From contig CAWIOR010000015.1 of assembly GCA_963837825.1 (NCBI GenBank), positions 38,241 to 102,240 of the forward strand: 64,000 nt of DNA, read 5' to 3'. Source of the stretch: an uncultured Chloroflexia bacterium. GTDB taxonomy: Bacteria > Chloroflexota > Limnocylindria > Limnocylindrales > CSP1-4. The notes beneath the pieces are model-generated. The model did no database searches. It worked only from the letters and a program-made list of their open reading frames with translations, and was not told where the DNA came from. Positions 8,424-17,636 of the stretch are shown piece after piece (within the stretch, counting starts at the first letter, position 1; the number at the start of each line of letters is the position of its first letter). A program made the position numbers and the translations under genes.

Positions 8424-9379
8424 GCGACCGCCGCCCGGTGGAGCTCCGACTGGAGCGCGCGGCGGAGCAGGTCGGGGTGCCCGAGCCGGCGCCGGAGCTC
8501 CATCTCCAGGGCACCGACCGGGGTCAGGTTCTGCGGGGCGCGCGGGTCGATCCCCGGTCGCCCGGCGAAGCGGGGCAGCTCGAGCGCGACCCGATCGGCC
8601 AGCTCCCGGGCGCGCCCGATCCCGATCGCCATCCGGACCTCGCAGCGGACGATCCCCGACAGCTCGTGCCACGGCTCGCGGAGGACGATCAGCCGCTGGT
8701 ACCAGGCGAACCGGTCGAGGATCTGCCGGCCGAGGGCGAACAGCGGCGTCCGCTCGCCGGGTGCCAGGCGCGGCAGGAGCGCGGCCGGCTCATCGACCAG
8801 GTACGTGGTGACCATCCGCTTGGCGATCCCGACGACCGCCGCGTCCGGGCCGTGCGGGTAGTGGAGCGGTCCGTCGGCCAGGACCAGCCCGGTCGGGGCG
8901 AGCTCGGCGGCGAGCCGGCCCTCGGCCTCGCGCATCTCGTTCTGGAGGACCTGGAGCGGCGCCTCGGGGTCGTCGCCCGGAACGGCGATCGCTCGATAGA
9001 CGACCGGCCCGGCAGCGCCCGCGTCGACCGCGAGGTCGGGCGCCGGGATCGCTCCGCCGAGGACGAGGATCCGCCCGACGATCGCCCGCTCGAACATCGC
9101 CCGGCCGTGGCTCCGGACCGCACCCACGGCATACGAGCCGGCCAGGCCCCAGGCGCGGCGACCGGCGTCCTCGGCCAGGACGCGCATCTCGACGCGGCGC
9201 ACCCCGTCGACGAACAGGAGCGGCCCGCTCGGCCCGGCGCCCGGTGCGATCGCCCGGGTCCAGTCGGCGGTCTCGATGGTCGGGTCGACCTGGATCTCGG
9301 TCCCCTCCCGCGCCGCCAGCGCCGCCTCGACGTCACCGCCGTAGTCCGGGCTCCATGGATCGGCGCGCAGGGTCACCAT
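8420..9379 (-). CDS. nurA: NurA-like 5'-3' nuclease
   Basis: The protein starts at MVTLRADPW (ATG 9379). It contains LLFVDGVRR and later acidic motifs, and its size (319 aa) and position next to herA fit NurA. The assignment rests on context plus weak motifs. Confidence 0.7.
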   Translation of the reverse strand: MVTLRADPWSPDYGGDVEAALAAREGTEIQVDPTIETADWTRAIAPGAGPSGPLLFVDGVRRVEMRVLAEDAGRRAWGLAGSYAVGAVRSHGRAMFERAIVGRILVLGGAIPAPDLAVDAGAAGPVVYRAIAVPGDDPEAPLQVLQNEMREAEGRLAAELAPTGLVLADGPLHYPHGPDAAVVGIAKRMVTTYLVDEPAALLPRLAPGERTPLFALGRQILDRFAWYQRLIVLREPWHELSGIVRCEVRMAIGIGRARELADRVALELPRFAGRPGIDPRAPQNLTPVGALEMELRRRLGHPDLLRRALQSELHRAAVA

Positions 9380-9522
9380 CGACGTCAAGCCTACCCGAAG
9401 GCCGTGCCAGCTTGGTCGTCGCGCTGCAGGCGCCTGACCCGGATAGGTCGAATGCCCCACTCCGATCGCCGCCGAACGGGTGATGGCCGAGGAGTCCATC
9501 CGACGCAGACACTCGACGGGCG

Positions 9523-11603
9523 ATGTCGACACTGGTCGCAGGGGCCGAGCGAGCCCCGATCCCCCGATTCGCGCGAACCCTCCGCCGGGCTGCCCGACGG
9601 GTGGTCGACGATCCCCACGTCCTGCTCGCGATCGGACTGACGGCCCCGACGGTCCTCGTCCACCTGGGGCTGCGCGAGGGGGAGTCGCCGGCGGTCGTCG
9701 CCGTGTGTCTCCTGTACGTCGCCGTCCAGACGATCCTCTCGACGGCGCCGACGCTCGGGGCCCGGATCGGCAGCCTGGCACTGCCGTCGGCCCGCCTGGT
9801 CCTGGCCGTCCTGTTCGTGACCGCGGTCACGAACCAGACCGGCGACGCCGGGTTCCGTCCGCTCACCGGCCTGTACATCCCGGTCGTCACGATGGCCGCG
9901 GCGTACGGCGGTCGCGAGGCCCGCGTCGTCGGGGCGCTCGCCGCGGCCGGCTACTTCGGTCCGGCTATCCTGTCGGGCGAGCACGTCGACGCGGCGCTCC
10001 AGCGCGGCCTCGTCCTCCTGTTCGTGTCGGTCATCCTGGTCGTCGGGACCCGGCGCACCGTGTCGTCCCTCGAGCAGGCGCTCCACCGGCTCCGCCAGAC
10101 GATGGGCGACGCCCGACGCCGGAGTCGCCAGGTCGAGGCGGTCGAGGCCGTCGGACGGGCCCTCGCGGCGCGCGGGCCGGAGGCGGAGACGCTCGAGCAG
10201 GTCATGGACCTCCTCCACCAGAGCCTCGGCTACAGCCACGTGTCGATCTACCTGGTCGACGGCGGCAAGCTCCGACTCGGCGCTCAGCGCGGCTACAGCG
10301 ACCCGATCGAGGTCTTCGACGGCAGCGTCGGCGTCATCGGCCGGGTCGTCCGGAATGGCGGCCCGAGCTGATCACCGACCCGGCCCACGACCCCGACTTC
10401 CTCGACGTGGCCGGCGCCGTGACGAGCGAGATCTGCGCGCCGCTCCTCGTCGGGGACGTGCTCCACGGGGTCGTCAACGTCGAGTCGGTCCACGGCATCC
10501 TCGACGAGACCGACCTCGCCTCGGTCCTGCTGGTCAGCGACCGCCTCGCGTCGGCGCTCGCCCTCGCCCGCGAGCGTCGTTCCCTGGCCGAGCGGGCCGA
10601 CCTGTTCCAGCGCCTGACGGCGTTCGGGAACTCGGTCACCGGCAGCCTCGACGCGGAGACCCTCTACCCGACCATCGTCGACGGGATCCGGCGCGTCCTC
10701 GCCTGCGACATCGTCGTGCTGACCGTCCTCGACCGGCCGACGGGCCGCTACCTGATCCGGGCGATGAGCGGCGGTGACAGCCGCTACGTCGGGGCGGAGA
10801 TCAAGCCCGGGGAGGGGGCAGCCGGCCGGGCCATCCGGGACCGCACGGTGGTCGTCGACGAGCACCTCACGCGCGAGCGGTACCCCAGCGCGGTCCGGGC
10901 CGCCGAGGTCGCTGACGCGCTCGTCGCGATCGGCCTGCCGCTCATCCGCGACGGCGTCGTCGTCGGCGCCCTGAGCGTCACCCGGACCGACCTCGACCAG
11001 CCGTTCAACCGGATCGAGCGCGAGGTCGGGGAGGTCCTCGGCACCCAGGTCGCCCTGGCCGTCACGAACACGTTCCTCCACGGCGAGGCCAAGGAGGCGT
11101 CCATCCGGGACGCGCTGACCGGGCTGTACAACCGGCGCCACCTGGACGCCTCGGTCGATCGGTTCCTGGCGGCCCGCCGGCGCCAGAAGCCGATCCAACG
11201 GACGCCGGCCGCGGTCATCCTGTTCGACCTCGACCATTTCGGGGCGTTCAACAAGCGCCACGGCCACCGGGTCGGGGACGTCGTCCTGCGCGGCTTCGGC
11301 GACCTGCTCCTGGAACGCTTCCGGGCGAGCGACCTGGTCGCTCGCTACGGCGGCGAGGAGTTCGTCGCCGTCCTCGACGGGGCCACCCTGGACGACGCGG
11401 TCCGGATCGCCAACGAGGTCCGGCTGGCCTGGGCGGCGATGACGTTCAGCGGCGCCGACGGCCAGCCGCTCCATGCGACCGTGTCGGCCGGCTGTGCCTG
11501 GCTCCAGGACAACGCGGGCAGCGCCGAGGACCTGTTCATCGCCGCCGACGTCGGCCTGGCGATGGCCAAGGCCGCCGGCCGGGATCTCGTCGTCGCCGCC
11601 TGA
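9523..11603 (+). pseudogene. Membrane-anchored GAF-GAF-GGDEF diguanylate cyclase (one frame break near 10358-10362)
   Basis: The N-terminal part with about 5 TM segments is in ORF 9523..10371. The GAF domains and GGDEF domain (RYGGEEF, LFDLDHFGAFN) are in ORF 9480..11603. Joining at ...VVRNG|RPELITD needs a 1-nt correction. Confidence 0.85.
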
Positions 11604-11604
11604 C

Positions 11605-12894
11605 TCAGGCGACGCCCGTCGCCGGGAGACGGACGACGAAGCGCGACCCACCGCCGGGCCGCTCCTGCGCGGCGATCGTCCCGTCGTGCTGCTCGACGAT
11701 CCAGGCCCCGATGGCCAGGCCGAGCCCGGTCCCTCCGGGGTGGGCGTCCGGCCCCCGCCAGAACCGGTCGAACACCCGCTGACGGTCCTCCGGGGGGATC
11801 CCCGGGCCATCGTCGTCGACGATCAGGGTCGCGTCCCGGCCCTCGCCCCGGACGGTGACGGTCACGGTGCCGCCCGAGGGGCCGTGGCGGATGCCGTTGT
11901 CGACCAGGATCGTCACCAGCTGGCGGAGCCGGGCCGCGTCGCCGACGACCCGGACCGGCGCCGGATCGAGGGCCACCGCGACATCCGAGGCGGCCGCCAG
12001 CGGGGCCAGCGCCCCGGTCGCATCGGTGGCGACGTCGGCCAGGTCGACCGGCTCGCGCGCCAGCTCGACCGCACCCGAGTCGCTCCGGGCGAGCAGGAGG
12101 AGGTCCTCGACGAGCGCGGTCAGGTGGTCGACCTCGGCCGTGATGTCGTCGACCGCCGTGCCGACGTCGCGGGCCGGCTTGTCGGGGTTGCGCCGGAGGT
12201 GCTCGGCGCTCGCCCGGACGACGGCCAGCGGGGTCCGCAGCTCGTGGCTGGCGTCGGCCGCGAACTCGCGCTGATGGCGGAGTGCGTCGCGGATCGGGAC
12301 CAGCGATCGGCGGGCGGTGAGCGCACCGGCGGCCAGGGCGGCGACCAGCGCGACGAACCCGCCGACCGCGAGCACGCCGATGAGCGTCCCGAGGACCTTC
12401 CGCTCGGCGGTGATGTCCTGGCCGATCTGGAGGACGTAGACGACGCCGCCCCGCTCGACCTGCTGGCTCAGGATCCGGACCGGGGTGCCCTGCACGTCGA
12501 GCGTCCGGATGTCCACCCCGCTCGATGCGCGGGCGGCCGCCAGCGCCGCCCCGTCGGGCAGGCCCGCCGCGAGGTCCGCCCCGGGACCGATCACCTCGCC
12601 GCTCGGCGGGACGATGTAGGCGAACGTCCCCGACGACGGCCCGCCGAAGGCGATCCCGACCGGGAGTCGACCCGGGCCCAGCCGGCCCGGCTGGCCGGCG
12701 ATCAGGCGGGTCAGCGTCTCGGCCCGCTCCTCGAGCTGGGCGACGCCGGTCGCCTCGAGCGACCGGGCGACCGCGAACGAGAGGACCAGTCCGAGCGCGA
12801 CGAGAACGACCAGGACGATGCCGCCGCTCCAGGCGACCAGCTGCCAGCGGACGCGCCGGAGGAGCCGGGCGTCGCCCGTCTGACCGGCCGTCAC
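11605..12894 (-). CDS. Sensor histidine kinase (TM-HAMP-HisKA-HATPase)
   Basis: H-box FAADASHELRTPL, N box VDNGIRH and G boxes DDGPGI and GTGLGLAI are present. The gene overlaps the response regulator gene by 4 nt. Confidence 0.9.
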   Translation of the reverse strand: MTAGQTGDARLLRRVRWQLVAWSGGIVLVVLVALGLVLSFAVARSLEATGVAQLEERAETLTRLIAGQPGRLGPGRLPVGIAFGGPSSGTFAYIVPPSGEVIGPGADLAAGLPDGAALAAARASSGVDIRTLDVQGTPVRILSQQVERGGVVYVLQIGQDITAERKVLGTLIGVLAVGGFVALVAALAAGALTARRSLVPIRDALRHQREFAADASHELRTPLAVVRASAEHLRRNPDKPARDVGTAVDDITAEVDHLTALVEDLLLLARSDSGAVELAREPVDLADVATDATGALAPLAAASDVAVALDPAPVRVVGDAARLRQLVTILVDNGIRHGPSGGTVTVTVRGEGRDATLIVDDDGPGIPPEDRQRVFDRFWRGPDAHPGGTGLGLAIGAWIVEQHDGTIAAQERPGGGSRFVVRLPATGVA

Positions 12895-13574
12895 GCCGAG
12901 TCCTCCAGCCGATAGCCGACCCCGCGCAGCGTCCGGATCCGGTCGCCGGCCGGTCCGAGCTTGGCGCGCAGGTAGTGGACGTAGGCGTCGACGGCGTTGG
13001 GCGTGACCGCCACGCCGGACGGCCAGACGTGGTCGAGCAACCGGTCGCGGGTGAGCGCCTCGCCCGGGTGGCGGAGGAAGTACTCCAGGAGCGAGAACTC
13101 GCGCGGGCTGAGCTCGACCCGACGGCCATCGGCGGTCACCTCCCGGCGGGCCTCGTCGAGGGCGATCGCGCCGACCTCGAGACGGAGCCCGGCCCTGAGC
13201 GCCTCGGCGCCGCCGGCACGCCGGGCGAGCGCCCGCAGCCGGGCCGCGAGCTCCTCGAACGCGAACGGCTTGACCAGGTAGTCGTCGGCTCCGGCGTCGA
13301 GGCCGGTCACCCGGTCGACGACGGTGTCACGCGCGGTCAGGATGAGGATCGGGACGGTCGAGCCGCTCGCCCGGAGGCGCCGGGCGATGTCGAGCCCGGA
13401 GCCGTCGGGCAGACCGATGTCGAGGACGATCGCCTCGATCCCGCCGACCTCGGTCGCGAGCTCGAGCGCCGTCCGGACGTCGGTGGCCAGCTCGACGACG
13501 TGGCGGTCCTCCTCGAGCAGGCGCCGAAGAAGCCGGCCAAGGCGCGGGTCGTCCTCGACGACGAGCACGTGCAT
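12891..13574 (-). CDS. OmpR/PhoB-family response regulator
   Basis: Receiver domain MHVLVVEDD...LDIGLPDGSG...LTAR...DDYLVKPF followed by a winged-helix C-terminus ...LRTLRGVGYRL. Confidence 0.95.
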   Translation of the reverse strand: MHVLVVEDDPRLGRLLRRLLEEDRHVVELATDVRTALELATEVGGIEAIVLDIGLPDGSGLDIARRLRASGSTVPILILTARDTVVDRVTGLDAGADDYLVKPFAFEELAARLRALARRAGGAEALRAGLRLEVGAIALDEARREVTADGRRVELSPREFSLLEYFLRHPGEALTRDRLLDHVWPSGVAVTPNAVDAYVHYLRAKLGPAGDRIRTLRGVGYRLEDSA

Positions 13575-13607
13575 GGCTCGAACGCTACCCGTCCCGTCGC
13601 GGACGCG

Positions 13608-13631
13608 CTCGGCCGGCGTGGGCCGGCCGAG
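13608..13631 (-). terminator. 10-bp GC hairpin between the Gly-rich gene and the response regulator gene (terminator or attenuator)
   Basis: CTCGGCCGGC-gtgg-GCCGGCCGAG lies 13 nt downstream of the stop at 13644. Confidence 0.35.
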
Positions 13632-13643
13632 CCAGTCCCCCGG

Positions 13644-14357
13644 TCACTTCGGGACGACGGTCACGCTCGACGCGGCGCCGAGGTTGAGCCGGCCGGTCCC
13701 GGTGCCGCCGGTGCCCGTCCCACCGTTGCCCGTCCCGCCGTTGCCCGTTCCGCCGTTGCCGGCACCACCGGTGACCTGGACCTGGACGGTGCTCCCGGTC
13801 GTCACATCGGAGGCCGAGGCGGCCGCCTGCGTGTGGTAGGCGGTCGACCCGTTGAGGGCGATCTGGATCGTCTGGCCGGAGGCGAGCTTGAGGGTCAGCT
13901 GCTCCGCCGTGATCGCGGTCACCTCGCCGCTGATCGTGATCCCGGCGCCCCCGCCGCCGAGGAAGCCGCCGGCAGCGGCACCGAACCCGCCCTGGCCGGA
14001 GCCCGTGCCGCCGCTGCCCGGGAGCTGGCCGCCGAACCGGCCGCTGGCGGCCGCGCTGGCCTGGCTCGCCGGGGCGGTCACCCGACCGACGGCGAAGCCG
14101 ACACCACCGAGGGCGAAGATCGCAGCGACCACGAGCACGACGTCGACCACTCCGCGCCGACGCGACGGACGGCGGACGGTCGTCACCGGCGCGACCGGGA
14201 CGTCGTGACCGAGCGGCGGGATCGTCTCGGGCGGCCGGGCCGGAGCGGACCCGGCCGGCGCGGCAGACGCGGCCGCCGATGACGGCGCCGCCCACAGCGG
14301 CTGGGTCGCGTCGCCCGGCGGTGGGGTCGCCCCGGTCGGGTCGTTCGGTTGAGTCAT
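13644..14357 (-). CDS. Membrane-anchored Gly-rich protein with an OB/DUF5666-like segment and C-terminal GNGGT repeats
   Basis: Pro-rich N-terminus, one TM segment (VVDVVLVVAAIFALGGVGFAVG), a Gly-rich linker, ITISGEVTAITAEQLTLKL...TVQVQVTGG, then GNGGTGNGGTGNGGTGTGGTGTG. The frame is intact. Confidence 0.7.
   Translation of the reverse strand: MTQPNDPTGATPPPGDATQPLWAAPSSAAASAAPAGSAPARPPETIPPLGHDVPVAPVTTVRRPSRRRGVVDVVLVVAAIFALGGVGFAVGRVTAPASQASAAASGRFGGQLPGSGGTGSGQGGFGAAAGGFLGGGGAGITISGEVTAITAEQLTLKLASGQTIQIALNGSTAYHTQAAASASDVTTGSTVQVQVTGGAGNGGTGNGGTGNGGTGTGGTGTGRLNLGAASSVTVVPK
13698..13775 (-). repeat. Tandem 15-bp coding repeats (GNGGT units)
   Basis: CCGTTGCCCGTnCCn units repeat in tandem on the + strand. 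Confidence 0.8.
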
Positions 14358-14370
14358 CTCGGTTCGTCTC

Positions 14371-15581
14371 CTACTCGTAGCGCAGTGCGGCGATGGGGTC
14401 GAGGCGAGCGGCCTGCCGCGCGGGCCACACGCCGAAGATCACGCCGACCGCGAGGCTGAACGCCAGCGCGACGACGAGGGTCAATGGGCTGAACACGAAG
14501 CCCCAGCCGGCGATCGTCCCGATGACCGCCGTCGCACCGAGGCCGACCAGGATGCCGATGAACCCACCGAGGACCGACAGGACGAGGGCCTCGATGAGGA
14601 ACTGGAGGAGGATGTCCCGGCTCTTGGCGCCGATCGCCTTGCGAATCCCGATCTCGCGGGTCCGCTCGCGGACCGAGACGAGCATGATGTTCATGATCCC
14701 GATCCCGCCGACGACCAGCGAGATCGAAGCGATCCCGGCCAGCAGGACGGTCAGCAGGCCGGTGATCGAGTTGACCGTCGTCAGCAGCTGGGCCTGATCG
14801 GTCACGTTGAAGTCGGCCGTGTCGGCGGCGCCCAGGCCGTGGCGCGACTTGAGAGTCGTGCTGATCTCGGCCTTGACCCGATCCATCTGATCGGCCGCGG
14901 CGACGCTGACCGCGATCGAGCGGACCGAGTCGCCCGACACGAAGTGCGACTTCACCGTGCTCAGCGGCACGAGGATCATGTCGTCCTGGCTGAGCGGCCC
15001 GGCGCCACCCTTGGCCTGGAGGACCCCGATGATCCGGAACGGGATCCCGCCGATCGACAGGTCGGTCCCGACCGCGTTCACCCCGAGACCCAGGTCCGAC
15101 GCCGTCGTCGCCCCCAGCACGGCGACCCGGAGGGCAAATCGTTCGACGGCCCGGTCAGGAACGAGCCCTGCCAGATCGAGTCGTTGTGGACGGTGGCGTA
15201 GGCCGCCGACGTACCGACGATCGTCGTCGTCGTGTTGGTGTCGCCTGCGACGACGAGCTTCTGGGTCGACAGCTCCGGCGCGACCGCCGCCACACCGTCG
15301 ATCGCGGCGATCGCCGCGGCGTCGTCGATCGTGAGGGTCGTGGCCGAGCCGGCCGCCCCGCGGGTGCCGAAGCTGGTGGTGCCCCCCGGGTTGATCGTCA
15401 GGAGGTTCGTCCCGAGGCCCTCGAGCTGGGTCGTGATGCCCCGCGTGGCGCCCTGACCGACCGCGACGAGGGCGACCACCGAGCCGACCCCGATGATCAC
15501 CCCGAGCATCGTCAGAGCAGCCCGCAGCCGGCTCGAGCGGAGCCTGGCCAGGGCGAGGCCGATGAGATCGAGCGGGGTCAC
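14371..15581 (-). pseudogene. MacB/FtsX-type ABC transporter permease (one frame break near 15155)
   Basis: The N-terminal part ([32 protein letters not shown]...) is in ORF 15078..15581. The C-terminal FtsX part (...GGIGIMNIMLVSVRERTREIGIRKAIGA...) is in ORF 14371..15633. Confidence 0.85.
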
Positions 15582-16252
15582 GCGACCAGCCTCCCGTCCC
15601 GGACGTGGACCTGGCGATCCGCGCTCTCCGCAACGTCGGCGTCGTGGGTGATGAGGACGATGGTCCGGCCGCTGGCGTGAAGCTCGCGGAGGATGCCCAT
15701 GACCTCCGCCCCGCTGTGGGTGTCGAGGTTGCCGGTCGGCTCGTCGGCCAGGAGGAGAGCGGGCTCCGTGACGAGGGCCCTGGCGATGGCGACCCGCTGC
15801 TGCTGCCCGCCCGACAGCTCGGTCGGCTCGTGATCGAGGCGGTCGCTCAGGCCGAGCCGCTCGAGGGCGGCAGTGGCCCGGCGCATCCGCTCCCGCCGGC
15901 CGACGCCCTGGTAGGCCAGGGCCATCGCGACGTTGTCGAGGGCGCTCGTCCGCGAGAGCAGGTTGTACGACTGGAAGACGAATCCGATCGACCGGCTGCG
16001 GACCTCGGCGAGGCCGTTGTCGTCGAGCTCCTCGACCGCCGTCCCGTCGAGGACGTAGCGGCCGGTGGTGGGGCGGTCGAGGCAGCCGACGATGTTCATC
16101 AGGGTCGTCTTGCCCGATCCCGACGGTCCGACGACGGCCAGGAACTCACCGTGGTTGACGACCAGATCGAGCCCGTCGAGCGCCCGGACGTCGATCCGGC
16201 CGGTCTGGTAGACCCTGCTGATCCCCTGGAGCGTGATGAGCGGCTCCGTCAC
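15578..16252 (-). CDS. MacB/LolD-type ABC transporter ATP-binding protein
   Basis: [24 protein letters not shown] and [12 protein letters not shown] are present. GTGA/ATGA-type overlaps occur with both neighbouring genes. Confidence 0.95.
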   Translation of the reverse strand: MTEPLITLQGISRVYQTGRIDVRALDGLDLVVNHGEFLAVVGPSGSGKTTLMNIVGCLDRPTTGRYVLDGTAVEELDDNGLAEVRSRSIGFVFQSYNLLSRTSALDNVAMALAYQGVGRRERMRRATAALERLGLSDRLDHEPTELSGGQQQRVAIARALVTEPALLLADEPTGNLDTHSGAEVMGILRELHASGRTIVLITHDADVAESADRQVHVRDGRLVA

Positions 16253-17436
16253 GGCTGGGCGCTCCCGCCGTTCCCGTTGCGATCGCCGCCCCCGCCGCCG
16301 GTCCGGAAGACGCCGCCACCGGCACCGGGAATGCCGAAGCCGCCGCCGCCGGTCGTGGTCGTCTGGGCGGCCGTCGTCCCGATGACGACCGACTCGCCGG
16401 CCTGGAGCCCACTCTGGATCTCGGCCTGCGTCGAGGTGACCAGCCCGACGGTCACGTTCCGGGACTCGATCGATCCGTCCGCACCGACGACGAGGACGGT
16501 ATAACCGGTCAGCGCCGAGCCGTTCAGGGCGACCGCGGGGACGGCCAGCACGCCCGGCGCCTGGGCGATCGTGACCGACGCCTTCGCGCTCATGCCGGGC
16601 CGGGCGGACGCCGGCGGCGAGGTCAGCTGGATCGTGACCACGTAGGTCACGACGCTGCCCGATGAGCTGACCGCGGACGGGGCGATCGCGCTGACCGTCC
16701 CGTCGATAGTGGCGTCGATCGCGTCCACCGTCACGCTGGACGACTGGCCCGTCTTCAGGGACGGCAGGTCGCTCTCGGTGAAGTCGGCGACCGCCTGGAG
16801 CGGGCCGGTCGCCAGCGAGATCGCCGGTCCGGCCGCGCTGTCCGCGCCGGCGACCACGTTGACCGCCACGACGGTGCCGTCCGCCGGCGCGGTGATCGTG
16901 GCGCGGGCGATCTGCTCGCTGAGGTCGGCGACCTGACCCTGGGCCTGGGTGTACTGGGCGATCGCGGTCTGGTAGCCGATCCGCGCCTGGCGGATGGCGT
17001 CGGTGCCGCTGGCGTTGTCGAGCGTCTTCTTGGCGATCGTGCGCTGGGTCTTGGCGGCCGATCCGCTGGCCTTCGCGGCGACCAGGTCACGCCGGAGGGA
17101 GAGCGTATCGGCGGTCGCCACGACGGTCCCCTTCTTGACCACGTCACCGACGGCGACCTTGACCGCCGTGACCGACCAGGTCCCGCTCCCGCTGCCGCCG
17201 TTCCCGCTCGCATCCTCGACCGTCGGGGCCAGCCCGAAGTTGAGGTCGTAGGTCGTCGCCCGGGCCAGGCTCCCGGTCGCGTCAACCGTGTCGGCGATGT
17301 CCGCCGTCGCCGCACTCGCCGTGAGGTACTGAGAGTTCGCGGCGCGGCTGCCGCCGGGCCCGCCGATCACGGCATAGACCACCGCTCCGACGCCGACCGC
17401 CACGAGGACGATCGCCGCCGGCACCTTCCATCTCAT
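16249..17436 (-). CDS. Efflux periplasmic adaptor (MacA/HlyD-like)
   Basis: N-terminal TM segment, coiled-coil hairpin and beta-barrel segments, and a Gly-rich tail. It is the first gene of the efflux operon. Confidence 0.8.
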   Translation of the reverse strand: MRWKVPAAIVLVAVGVGAVVYAVIGGPGGSRAANSQYLTASAATADIADTVDATGSLARATTYDLNFGLAPTVEDASGNGGSGSGTWSVTAVKVAVGDVVKKGTVVATADTLSLRRDLVAAKASGSAAKTQRTIAKKTLDNASGTDAIRQARIGYQTAIAQYTQAQGQVADLSEQIARATITAPADGTVVAVNVVAGADSAAGPAISLATGPLQAVADFTESDLPSLKTGQSSSVTVDAIDATIDGTVSAIAPSAVSSSGSVVTYVVTIQLTSPPASARPGMSAKASVTIAQAPGVLAVPAVALNGSALTGYTVLVVGADGSIESRNVTVGLVTSTQAEIQSGLQAGESVVIGTTAAQTTTTGGGGFGIPGAGGGVFRTGGGGGDRNGNGGSAQP

Positions 17437-17636
17437 CCGAGTCCGCCTCGCTGTTCGGTGGGTTTCGCGGCTCCCGGCCGGACAGGGGCGGGAGCGCCGG
17501 ACCAGTAGACCCTCGACCGCCTGAGACGGTCCTGAGAAGGCGGTGCTGGCCCGATGAAGAAACCTTCACGCATCCTTGCCCGCCCTTGGGCTCGGTTTCT
17601 CAGACTCATCTAAGGGAAGCACGACATCCTCAGGCC

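Noticed and set aside
2301-8861. A 2186-aa ORF on the + strand spanning the sbcC-sbcD-herA region
   Set aside because: Its translation is Arg/Pro/Gly/Asp-rich low-complexity sequence with no motifs, and it runs antisense to four genes with clear motifs. Stop codons are rare in any frame at this GC content. The same reasoning rejects 889..2868(-), 6442..8514(-), 8438..9640(+), 10293..11810(-), 11345..13129(-), 12525..14282(+), 24060..25526(-), 33276..33992(-) and similar antisense or off-frame ORFs in the track.
9380-9522. Search for an SOS (LexA) box or RecA-independent DNA-damage promoter upstream of the nurA-herA-sbcDC operon; a 10-bp palindrome CAGGCGCCTG at about 9427-9436 was noted
   Set aside because: No TCGAAC-N4-GTTCGA-like or TTGTCRGTG-type element is present. 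A single 10-bp GC palindrome is expected by chance in sequence this GC-rich.
13698-13775. Short tandem repeats (here and at 34283-34340, and ATQAPR ATQAP at about 19195-19265) considered as possible CRISPR or minisatellite arrays
   Set aside because: The units are 15 bp or shorter, directly abutting with no spacers, and lie inside coding sequence where they encode Gly- or Pro-rich linkers. They are not CRISPR-like.
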